Shown: positions 18,398-25,105 of the stretch, piece by piece
Layout of the letters: each line of letters starts with the position of its first letter
How positions within the stretch are numbered: position 1 is the stretch's first letter
Source: a virus
Length of the DNA: 64,000 nt
IMG/VR virus record: IMGVR_UViG_3300037804_000367
Coordinates: 64,787-128,786 of that record
Strand: one strand, 5' to 3'
Position numbers and translations under genes: made by a program
Notes under the pieces: generated by a model
The model's database searches: none
What the model saw: only the letters and a program-made list of their open reading frames with translations
Told to the model about the DNA's origin: nothing

Positions 18398-18733
18398 TTA
18401 AGCTACCTCTTCAACTTCTACAGTTTCCGAAATGACTTGATGAACTACTGCTTCAAGTTTTTTATAACTGTTACTAAATCCGTTCTTAAACTCGTTATCA
18501 TTGTGAGTATGACTTGGTTTGTTACGAAACTCATTGTAAATGATATGAAGCAACGTAAGGTTTGTTGCAAAAGAATTTGGTCTTAGTGTATTTTCTAATC
18601 TCCAATCTCCGTCTCTCTGAGCTTGTTTAAACTCAGGTTTGCGAATCTTCTGTGCTTCAGTTAGTTTTATGATTTCACTTTTTAGGGTAGAAACTACTGC
18701 TTTGTATTGTGCTCTTGTGATATTCGTATTCAT
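18398..18733 (-). CDS. hypothetical protein between leader peptide and Pth2-like gene
   Basis: 111 aa; GGAG SD; in frame with and abutting the pth2-like ATG. Confidence 0.8.
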   Translation of the reverse strand: MNTNITRAQYKAVVSTLKSEIIKLTEAQKIRKPEFKQAQRDGDWRLENTLRPNSFATNLTLLHIIYNEFRNKPSHTHNDNEFKNGFSNSYKKLEAVVHQVISETVEVEEVA

Positions 18734-18739
18734 TTTCTT

Positions 18740-18807
18740 TCTCCGAAATATTATTTAATTAAGTGTTTGTTTTTATAAAATGGGTAATCCATTTTCACTT
18801 ACGGAGA
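18740..18807 (-). promoter_or_regulatory. RBS-sequestering mRNA stem (putative translational attenuator)
   Basis: Nested pairs TCTCCG/CGGAGA (covers the SD of 18398..18733), TAAGTG/CACTTA, AAAATGG/CCATTTT. Confidence 0.65.
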
Positions 18808-18828
18808 GTTGTTACGTATCTACATCAT
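18799..18828 (-). CDS. leader peptide with TAG at codon 3 (MM*IRNNSP)
   Basis: AAAGGA SD, ATG ATG TAG ATA CGT AAC AAC TCT CCG TAA. Confidence 0.65.
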
Positions 18829-18912
18829 GATACAATTCCTTTTATTGTTGTTTTTACTTATATTAAAATCTAATACAAAGTGACACTACCTTGTACTTTT
18901 TTAATATTAAAA

Positions 18913-18985
18913 TGCCCAGTGTGGGGATCGAACCCACGTCTCAAGGATTTAGAATCCAGCGCAATAACCGCTATACTAACTGAGC
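18913..18985 (-). tRNA. amber suppressor tRNA (anticodon CUA)
   Basis: 7-bp acceptor GCTCAGT/ACTGGGC, D-loop GG, loop TT-CTA-AA closed by GGA/TCC (two upper mismatches), T arm GTGGG-TTCGATC-CCCAC; no encoded CCA. Confidence 0.85.
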
Positions 18986-18996
18986 TTAAAATTAAA

Positions 18997-19305
18997 TTAA
19001 CCTACGTGAGTAAATAATAAAGATTTTGCTTCCATTCCAAAAGCATTTTTAAATCTTTCCTTGTATTCTTCAACTTTTGAAAAATCTAAATCCTTTGACA
19101 TATTAAATCCAATATATGTATCATCATCTTCAGGACCAGATAAACAATTTTCAAACTGAACGTCAAATGCAAAATTATCTTTAAAATATTCATTATCGTC
19201 CCAAGCAGGAAGATCAGCGATTTCTCTTACAGTCAACCCAATATCCTGTACGGATCGACCAATCATTAGTACAGCTTCATACTCGTAACTCATTTCAAAC
19301 TCCAA
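18997..19305 (-). CDS. hypothetical acidic protein
   Basis: First ORF after the promoter at 19322-19362. Confidence 0.7.
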   Translation of the reverse strand: MEFEMSYEYEAVLMIGRSVQDIGLTVREIADLPAWDDNEYFKDNFAFDVQFENCLSGPEDDDTYIGFNMSKDLDFSKVEEYKERFKNAFGMEAKSLLFTHVG

Positions 19306-19321
19306 TGTTTATTAGCTCTTT

Positions 19322-19362
19322 CTTACTAATATTAATATACATCCTTAACTAGACAAGTCAAC
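19322..19362 (-). promoter_or_regulatory. sigma70-type early promoter heading the suppressor-tRNA operon
   Basis: TTGACT...GATGTATATTAATATTAGTAAG. Confidence 0.8.
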
Positions 19363-19379
19363 CTCAAACACAAAGTATT

Positions 19380-19787
19380 TTACAAATAAATGTTAAAAAA
19401 TATTATAGCAAAAGTATTAATACACACGTGCATAACATTATCAGTAATAATCATTAGCCAAACTGTTAACCAAGGTGGTTTCGAATCGTGATATCCTGTA
19501 TTAGAACACTCTGACCACTTGTGTCTATACGATTTAGGAGCCATGAGATTCTTTAACCAACAAACATATCTCGCTAATCTATATCTGTCTATTAAAAAAT
19601 GCGTTAATAATATTATTAAAAATCCTGGTACGGTTACTATAAACAAGAATGGTAATGAATATATTGTTGCATGGATGAAAGCTGGTAGAAATTTTGACGT
19701 TTTGTCACTTGCCATCCAATCTGATTGGGTAACATAGTCTCCGATAAAATGAAATAACAATCCAAAATATAATAATTGTTCAATCAT
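19380..19787 (-). CDS. DUF3307-like membrane protein
   Basis: HFIGDYVTQSDWMASDK...H...Y...THFLIDR...DNVMH. Confidence 0.75.
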   Translation of the reverse strand: MIEQLLYFGLLFHFIGDYVTQSDWMASDKTSKFLPAFIHATIYSLPFLFIVTVPGFLIILLTHFLIDRYRLARYVCWLKNLMAPKSYRHKWSECSNTGYHDSKPPWLTVWLMIITDNVMHVCINTFAIIFFNIYL

Positions 19788-20098
19788 TTTTGATCTTTCC
19801 TTTTATCAGCTTCTTTATGATCATCCCACCATTGAGCTAACTGTCTAGCTTTTGCAATACGACCATCGTACACGATTCTGTTCAATTGATCATCATCAAG
19901 CGACTCCAATTTCTTACATAACTTTGCCGTAAATTTATGAACTCGTTTACTATCACCGTATACATGTTCAGCTGCTTTTTTTATTTTAGGAGAGTAACTT
20001 TGATTCATACTTTCGAAAATATAAATTAATAGTTTAGCTACTTTCTTTGATTCCTGTTCCCACTTGTCTGGGTGCATATGATCACAATTACATGGCAT
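19784..20098 (-). CDS. hypothetical protein
   Basis: MPCNCD...WWDDHKEAD; GGAG SD. Confidence 0.75.
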   Translation of the reverse strand: MPCNCDHMHPDKWEQESKKVAKLLIYIFESMNQSYSPKIKKAAEHVYGDSKRVHKFTAKLCKKLESLDDDQLNRIVYDGRIAKARQLAQWWDDHKEADKRKDQK

Positions 20099-20109
20099 AT
20101 TATTCTCCT

Positions 20110-20307
20110 TTAGGTTGAATATGAATCTTCAGCAGAAGTAACAACTTCTCCGTCCAAGTAAGCGACTACGCGTGTGGTTACATAAGATCTGTCATATTCT
20201 TGTGTAGTGTCTACTTCGATGTTCAAAGTCAATTCATCTTTGATTACTTGTCGTACCATGTTATAAATTTCTTCACTTGTGAAGCTTTTTGGATATTCTT
20301 CAGTCAT
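20110..20307 (-). CDS. hypothetical protein
   Basis: ORF in gene train. Confidence 0.65.
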   Translation of the reverse strand: MTEEYPKSFTSEEIYNMVRQVIKDELTLNIEVDTTQEYDRSYVTTRVVAYLDGEVVTSAEDSYST

Positions 20308-20310
20308 TTG

Positions 20311-20484
20311 TTAATTCCTGTTATATCTATCTTGTTCGATTTCATCACGGTATCTATCATGGGCATCATCAACTTGTCGAGGATCATAAACGATTGCTCC
20401 GTCTTCTTCTTCACAAGTTCCACATCTGTCACATTGATTACCGTTCACAATTTGTGTATTGCCGCAGTTTGGACACATGTCCAT
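20311..20484 (-). CDS. small zinc-ribbon protein (57 aa, not in ORF track)
   Basis: MDMCPNCGNTQIVNGNQCDRCG...; AAAGGA SD. Confidence 0.65.
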   Translation of the reverse strand: MDMCPNCGNTQIVNGNQCDRCGTCEEEDGAIVYDPRQVDDAHDRYRDEIEQDRYNRN

Positions 20485-20500
20485 ATATTATATTCCTTTG

Positions 20501-20725
20501 TTAAGTTAATTTTAAAGCTTCTGAATGAGCTTCTTCGAGAGAAAAGAATTGATCAACAAGATGTTCAGCTTCGCCTTCGTGCAGTGAAAACATTCCCATC
20601 TTATCCTCATAAATTATCCAACCATCATCAACATAAGGAGCTGATTGATATTCAATAAGTCCGTTGTTCTTATCAAACTTGTAGATAACTACACCATTAA
20701 CAGTTACAGTTTTATAAGGTGACAT
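20501..20725 (-). CDS. hypothetical protein
   Basis: ORF in gene train. Confidence 0.6.
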   Translation of the reverse strand: MSPYKTVTVNGVVIYKFDKNNGLIEYQSAPYVDDGWIIYEDKMGMFSLHEGEAEHLVDQFFSLEEAHSEALKLT

Positions 20726-20726
20726 A

Positions 20727-21023
20727 TTACTTCTCAGTTGGTTTCAAAAGTTTAAACATTCTTTTCATGAAAGGAGTCAATTGGTTATTTCTAACTCTGA
20801 CTTCAACCTTTTCATTGTTAAGAAGTTTTGTAATAAGAATTTGTTTATTGTTCCATTTGCAAATAGCACGATTAGTTTCTATGTTATATCCGATCATAGT
20901 ATTATTACAATGACAAGGACTATAAATTTGATACGTAGTTTCTTGTTCCCAATCTAATTCTAATCTAGCTTTTGCGTTACAAATAGCACATGGAAGTATA
21001 GCAGGGTTTTTTACAATTTGCAT
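20727..21023 (-). CDS. hypothetical protein (Lar-like zinc finger pattern)
   Basis: LPCAIC...C.C...AICKWN. Confidence 0.65.
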   Translation of the reverse strand: MQIVKNPAILPCAICNAKARLELDWEQETTYQIYSPCHCNNTMIGYNIETNRAICKWNNKQILITKLLNNEKVEVRVRNNQLTPFMKRMFKLLKPTEK

Positions 21024-21043
21024 AATGTTTCCTTTATTAACTC

Positions 21044-21081
21044 TTTACTATTAATATACTACCTTAAATTAAAAAGTCAAC
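21044..21081 (-). promoter_or_regulatory. sigma70-type early promoter
   Basis: TTGACT...GGTAGTATATTAATAGTAAAG. Confidence 0.8.
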
Positions 21082-21088
21082 GACAAAG

Positions 21089-21343
21089 TTAGTTTTTTAT
21101 TTCGATATCAATAATGCACATATAATAATGATTTGCATATCGTTCACCAATACCAATCCAGTTGAATTTATCCACTCGTTCAAACCCAGGAACTATTCCA
21201 CCGTAAAATTTTTCACCAATAGGAGTATCAATATTTGCATATTTTACAGCGGCTTTTTCAGCTTTGTCAAAGGTTGACCAAAATTCTTCTTTGTATGGTC
21301 CTTCGTATTTGTTTCCCAATTCAATTTTAAACGCTTTCATCAC
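21089..21343 (-). CDS. hypothetical protein
   Basis: GAGGA SD. Confidence 0.7.
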   Translation of the reverse strand: MMKAFKIELGNKYEGPYKEEFWSTFDKAEKAAVKYANIDTPIGEKFYGGIVPGFERVDKFNWIGIGERYANHYYMCIIDIEIKN

Positions 21344-21350
21344 AAATTCC

Positions 21351-21968
21351 TCACGTACCTTGCTTTAGAGATTTCCATTTTGATTCTGAGATTTCCATTA
21401 ATGTACCGTCTTCAATTCGGTCCATTAAACTAACGATCTCTCCTCTCCAATCATCAACATTACCATAATTATAATGTGCACAGTACACATACTTGTGCTT
21501 GTCACTATAGTCTAATATTTCATTTACAAATTCTGTAATAGTTCTAAACTTGGTTCTCATTTCAAATGCATTTATTTCATACACGTCTTCAACAATGCCG
21601 TCTACTTTAAAAGAGGTTCTCGCATCTAGTGTTAATTTGCCATCAGCTTCTGTAAAACATTTACCAATAATTTTCATATCGTTAAACTTTTTGAGCTGTC
21701 CGATTGCTAACATATCTTGTTCGGATTCATATTTGCACGGATCTTCTTTCGGACCATCAGCAATTAACCCTAATGAGGCAAGTGAAATTTCACTAAAATC
21801 GGTTTCAATATATCTATCTTTAAAATGATTTGATTTAATAACGTATGTGGGAATAAATGAACTTTTACTAACGCTGTGTATACTAGCAACATACCACACT
21901 ACCCCATAGTAGTCCATTAGTAATTTGCCTTTCATGCGAAAAAGAGGATCAAAATCTGCATCAGTCAT
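21351..21968 (-). CDS. hypothetical protein
   Basis: 205-aa ORF. Confidence 0.75.
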   Translation of the reverse strand: MTDADFDPLFRMKGKLLMDYYGVVWYVASIHSVSKSSFIPTYVIKSNHFKDRYIETDFSEISLASLGLIADGPKEDPCKYESEQDMLAIGQLKKFNDMKIIGKCFTEADGKLTLDARTSFKVDGIVEDVYEINAFEMRTKFRTITEFVNEILDYSDKHKYVYCAHYNYGNVDDWRGEIVSLMDRIEDGTLMEISESKWKSLKQGT

Positions 21969-21972
21969 TTAG

Positions 21973-22167
21973 TTATTCCTTTGGTTTGTACTGAGTTTTT
22001 CGTTGTGACTTCCAACATCTTTGAGGTTTGGATCTGAATACTCTTTTTCCTGATCCCCAGTACACAGGATCACCCCCATCAAAATCATATGGATTATAAT
22101 AATTTAATACTATTCTGTATTCACGTGATGATGTTGTAGTCTGTAGTCGTAGTTTGTAGTTTCTCAT
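21973..22167 (-). CDS. small basic protein, WKxxRxTQY family
   Basis: Ends CWKSQRKTQYKPKE. Confidence 0.75.
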   Translation of the reverse strand: MRNYKLRLQTTTSSREYRIVLNYYNPYDFDGGDPVYWGSGKRVFRSKPQRCWKSQRKTQYKPKE

Positions 22168-22226
22168 GTTTGGTTCCTTTGTTTAAGTTACCTAACACTC
22201 TCCTACATAATATTTAAATCGTTTCA

Positions 22227-22706
22227 TTATCTAGTTAGTTCCCAAAATGTACACTTTCCATCTGGATCTTCTCCAAGATGTACTTTATTTTTCCAATTGT
22301 CTTGTAATTTGAAATACACGTCGCCTTTGAATTCGCCTTTGACTTCAGTCCAAAGAATTCTATCCGCGTATGGTTCCCAAAGTTTATAAATTTCTGACCC
22401 GCCAATGATTACAAATTCTTCTGTTTCATTTTGAGCAGTCATTAAACTATCAATGTGATCAATATAGATCCAGCCATCTTCGTGTAGAACACCCGTAGAA
22501 TCCACTTTCTTTTGTCTTGTTAGTACAAAATTGTTTCTATTAGGTAACGGCTTCTTGAGCGAGTCAGCAGTCTTTCTACCCATCAGTATGTTCTTACCGG
22601 TTGTGTACTTTTTGAAATGCTTAAAGTCCGATGAAATGTGCCAAGGCATCTTATCACCATCACCAATCAATCCATTTTCGTCACTAGCAAACATCATTGT
22701 AATCAT
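22227..22706 (-). CDS. folA: dihydrofolate reductase
   Basis: ASDENGLIG.GDKMPWHISSDFKHFK..T.G..ILMGRKTADSL..PLPNRNNFVLT...IIGGSEIY. Confidence 0.97.
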   Translation of the reverse strand: MITMMFASDENGLIGDGDKMPWHISSDFKHFKKYTTGKNILMGRKTADSLKKPLPNRNNFVLTRQKKVDSTGVLHEDGWIYIDHIDSLMTAQNETEEFVIIGGSEIYKLWEPYADRILWTEVKGEFKGDVYFKLQDNWKNKVHLGEDPDGKCTFWELTR

Positions 22707-22717
22707 ATTGTAAATTC

Positions 22718-23533
22718 CTAAGGTTTAAATAAGTGATAAATATTGTCAACGTTTATTGAAAAATCCTGCTCAAATTTTCCCTGAGTGTAAATTTTCGAAA
22801 TGCTCCGACCTCTAAATTGTTCAGGTAACATGACTACAACTGGACACACTGGTTTATATGTTACTGGACTGTTTTTAGAAGTGCCCAATAAAATAAATGG
22901 ATCACAGTGAAGCTTCTGATATATTTTTATCTGTCGTCCTTTGTTAGTTATATGTCCCACTAATCCAACTTCAGCAAAACTATCATCAAAATTTGACATA
23001 GTAAATTGTTCTATTTGTTTTATATTCTGAGAATCAGCTATAATAAACTCACTTCCCATTTTGAAAGATTTATTCATTATGTTTCCAATATCACACAACT
23101 CAGAGGTTTGCTTTTCAGTAATCATTTGTACCATACGTTCAATTGTTTCAACATTTAATTCTGCTGACACATCAATGACTGCAATCTCAATCAGCTCTTG
23201 CTCCACATCTACACCATTAACAGTTTTCATATCTCCGTCTGATAGGTGATGAACGGTACTGTGTAATAACTTTGGTGGAATATCTGTTTGATCATTCGTT
23301 GCTTCTACATTTATTACTGAATGAGCTATTAAATTAGAAAAGGTTCTAAGAGTTGTTAGTATTGACAATGGTTTTATAAAAAACTTATCCATCTCGTGAG
23401 TAGTTTGAAGTACAGTTGTTGTGCTAGATCGTAGTTTGGTTCCATAAACTTTTGCAGCATCAAGAACTGGATCCCAAGACTGTTTTGGTTTTGTTTTTCG
23501 TTTCCAGAATTTGAGTTTATTTAAATTTAACAT
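22718..23533 (-). CDS. degenerate T4 gp23/gp24-like capsid protein paralog
   Basis: DVSAELNVETIE, GSEFIIAD, IKIYQK..DPFILLG, VTYKPVCPV echo gp23 C-terminal motifs (EI.AEI.REI, GNFII.S, KVY.D, LFYCPYVPL). Confidence 0.55.
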   Translation of the reverse strand: MLNLNKLKFWKRKTKPKQSWDPVLDAAKVYGTKLRSSTTTVLQTTHEMDKFFIKPLSILTTLRTFSNLIAHSVINVEATNDQTDIPPKLLHSTVHHLSDGDMKTVNGVDVEQELIEIAVIDVSAELNVETIERMVQMITEKQTSELCDIGNIMNKSFKMGSEFIIADSQNIKQIEQFTMSNFDDSFAEVGLVGHITNKGRQIKIYQKLHCDPFILLGTSKNSPVTYKPVCPVVVMLPEQFRGRSISKIYTQGKFEQDFSINVDNIYHLFKP

Positions 23534-23790
23534 CTAAAACGTTCGTCATTACCAGATCCACCTGGTTTCAAATGAGGAAATGTAGAATGGCTGCCTGTAG
23601 CGTGAACAGCATGTAGTTGTTCTTTAGTAACATCCGTTTCGCTTTCTCTAAGAGGATCTATTTCATGTACAAATGCTAGATTTAAATGATTTTTAATCAA
23701 TTTTAATTGTTTTTCTGAAACTGACGTACACTCTGACAACTCAAAGAATCCCTGTAGCCAAAAGCAAAAATCAATGCTGTTCATATTCAT
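23527..23790 (-). CDS. hypothetical phage protein
   Basis: FCFWLQGFFEL...IKNHLNLAF.HEID. Confidence 0.75.
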   Translation of the reverse strand: MNMNSIDFCFWLQGFFELSECTSVSEKQLKLIKNHLNLAFVHEIDPLRESETDVTKEQLHAVHATGSHSTFPHLKPGGSGNDERFRC

Positions 23791-23806
23791 TTCCTATTTA
23801 AATTAG

Positions 23807-23880
23807 TGCGCCCAGAGGGACTCGAACCCACGACCTTCGCTTTATGAGAGCGCTGCTCTAACCAACTGAGCTATAGGCAC
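23807..23880 (-). tRNA. tRNA with CAU anticodon (elongator Met or Ile2)
   Basis: GTGCCTA..TAGCTCAGTTGGTTAGAGC..CT-CAT-AA..GGTTCGAGTCC..TGGGCGC-A; no encoded CCA. Confidence 0.92.
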
Positions 23881-23927
23881 TTTTTATATTGTCGTTATTT
23901 AGTTTTAAAAAGTAAACTGAACAATAT

Positions 23928-24032
23928 TTACTTTGTTAGTTTTTCTTGATCTGTTTGATCGGGCACTTCAAATTTTCCATTGACACATCCAACAGAAATC
24001 AACATTAATAATACTATCAACCATTTTTTCAT
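23928..24032 (-). CDS. small putative lipoprotein (34 aa, not in ORF track)
   Basis: MKKWLIVLLMLISVGC|VNGKFEV...; lipobox-like; AAAGGA SD. Confidence 0.55.
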   Translation of the reverse strand: MKKWLIVLLMLISVGCVNGKFEVPDQTDQEKLTK

Positions 24033-24147
24033 TTTTGTTTCCTTTTTATTAAATAACGACTTTGGAAGGTTTCGAAGCCTACATACAGTCTGTTCGGAGT
24101 TCATCCTACTAAGTCTCGCGTTGCCAATTAGCGTACAAAGTCAAAAA

Positions 24148-24356
24148 TGGTGTCGGGAGAAGGGGTTGAACCTCACAATTCGCTTCGTCAAGAAAAGAAC
24201 TTAATAAGAAAATACCTTCCATGGTGTATTAGCTTTTCGTTTCAGTCTATCTGAGAACTATTTTATAGCTAGGACTTTCCGACACAACCTTTGTCTCTTT
24301 TATACTAAAGTTGTACACTCTCTTTCGAAAGAGCATTAAAGGCGTCCTAACCCGAC
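24148..24356 (-). ncRNA. tRNA-like structured RNA (~209 nt) with acceptor stem, T arm and encoded CCA
   Basis: 5' GTCGGG pairs with 3' CCCGAC-A-CCA; GAGG-TTCAACC-CCTT T arm; several internal hairpins; starts 8 nt after tRNA-Leu. Confidence 0.6.
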
Positions 24357-24364
24357 ATAAAAAA

Positions 24365-24445
24365 TACCCCCAGCAGGATTTGCACCTGCACGCCCGAAGG
24401 CAACGAATTTTAAGTTCGTCATGTCTGCTGTTCCATCATGGGGAC
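24365..24445 (-). tRNA. tRNA-Leu(UAA)
   Basis: ACGAA-CT-TAA-AA-TTCGT anticodon arm, long variable arm GCC-TTCG-GGC, T loop TGCAAAT (non-canonical). Confidence 0.88.
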
Positions 24446-24616
24446 GTAAAACCTCTGTATTTTTGTTTCCTCACAGGTTGAGATTGCAGTCCTGTGACTT
24501 GATTATCAAAACAAATGAACGAGGGATTTGCCCCGCTGACGTTCTGTCTGACCTACCGCTCTGGGAAGTTGTGGAATTGTACCACAAGTACAACTTACAA
24601 TGTTTAGATAAATTCG

Positions 24617-24814
24617 TTAAATTGAAATGTACATGTACTGCTTTTTTTCTTGCAGTTGTTTCACCATAGAGGCATATGTTTTATATGCTTCTTCTCGTGT
24701 TGTAAAATTAAATATATTGATTTCACTAACACCTTTAAACCAAAATGTCAATTTCAAATCTTCAAACTGACACTGTCTAACATCAAACAAATCTATTACA
24801 ACTTCGTTTTGCAT
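24617..24814 (-). CDS. hypothetical protein
   Basis: First gene after promoter. Confidence 0.65.
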   Translation of the reverse strand: MQNEVVIDLFDVRQCQFEDLKLTFWFKGVSEINIFNFTTREEAYKTYASMVKQLQEKKQYMYISI

Positions 24815-24839
24815 CTTCGCTTCCTTCTTTATTTTTGAT

Positions 24840-24881
24840 TTACTATACTATTAATATACACTCTAAAACTAATAAGTCAAC
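24840..24881 (-). promoter_or_regulatory. sigma70-type early promoter (heads tRNA cluster operon)
   Basis: TTGACT...GTGTATATTAATAGTATAGTAA. Confidence 0.8.
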
Positions 24882-24890
24882 ATCAAATGT

Positions 24891-24925
24891 AAAAGAAAGA
24901 TGGGAAACTTTCCCATCTTTCTTTA
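24891..24925. terminator. intrinsic terminator
   Basis: AAAGAAAGATGGGAAA-c-TTTCCCATCTTTCTTT. Confidence 0.8.
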
Positions 24926-25105
24926 ATCAAATTTATCATTTGATCGTAATTTAAACATACATGTTGTTCTTTATTGGAGCATTTCTAATCTTTAAAAATG
25001 TTCCGAACGTCAAAAGTTTAAAAAATGTGAAAATGTTACTGTTTACTTATTATAATTATCTGTGTATGTTGTGTACTTTACACAGTAAACACTAATTAAT
25101 TGCAA

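Noticed and set aside
18840-18912. Theta (HDV-like) ribozyme after the suppressor tRNA
   Set aside because: The 3' trailer is AT-rich with only a weak hairpin; no nested double pseudoknot could be drawn.
18913-18985. Pyrrolysine tRNA (pylT), or re-reading as tRNA-Arg(UCU)
   Set aside because: It has a canonical D-loop GG, TTC loop and 5-nt variable region, unlike pylT, and no pyl genes are present. Shifting the loop to read UCU destroys the anticodon stem.
24148-24356. RNase P RNA, group I intron, or second tmRNA
   Set aside because: GGAAAGUCC is present but there is no CR-V/P4 partner and the RNA is too short for RNase P. No P7 (GACUA/UAGUC) pairing was found for a group I intron, and it lacks the G3.U70 pair and a tag frame.
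24470-24580. Additional degenerate tRNA (GGGGCAAATCCC T-arm-like segment)
   Set aside because: No matching acceptor stem or anticodon arm could be built.
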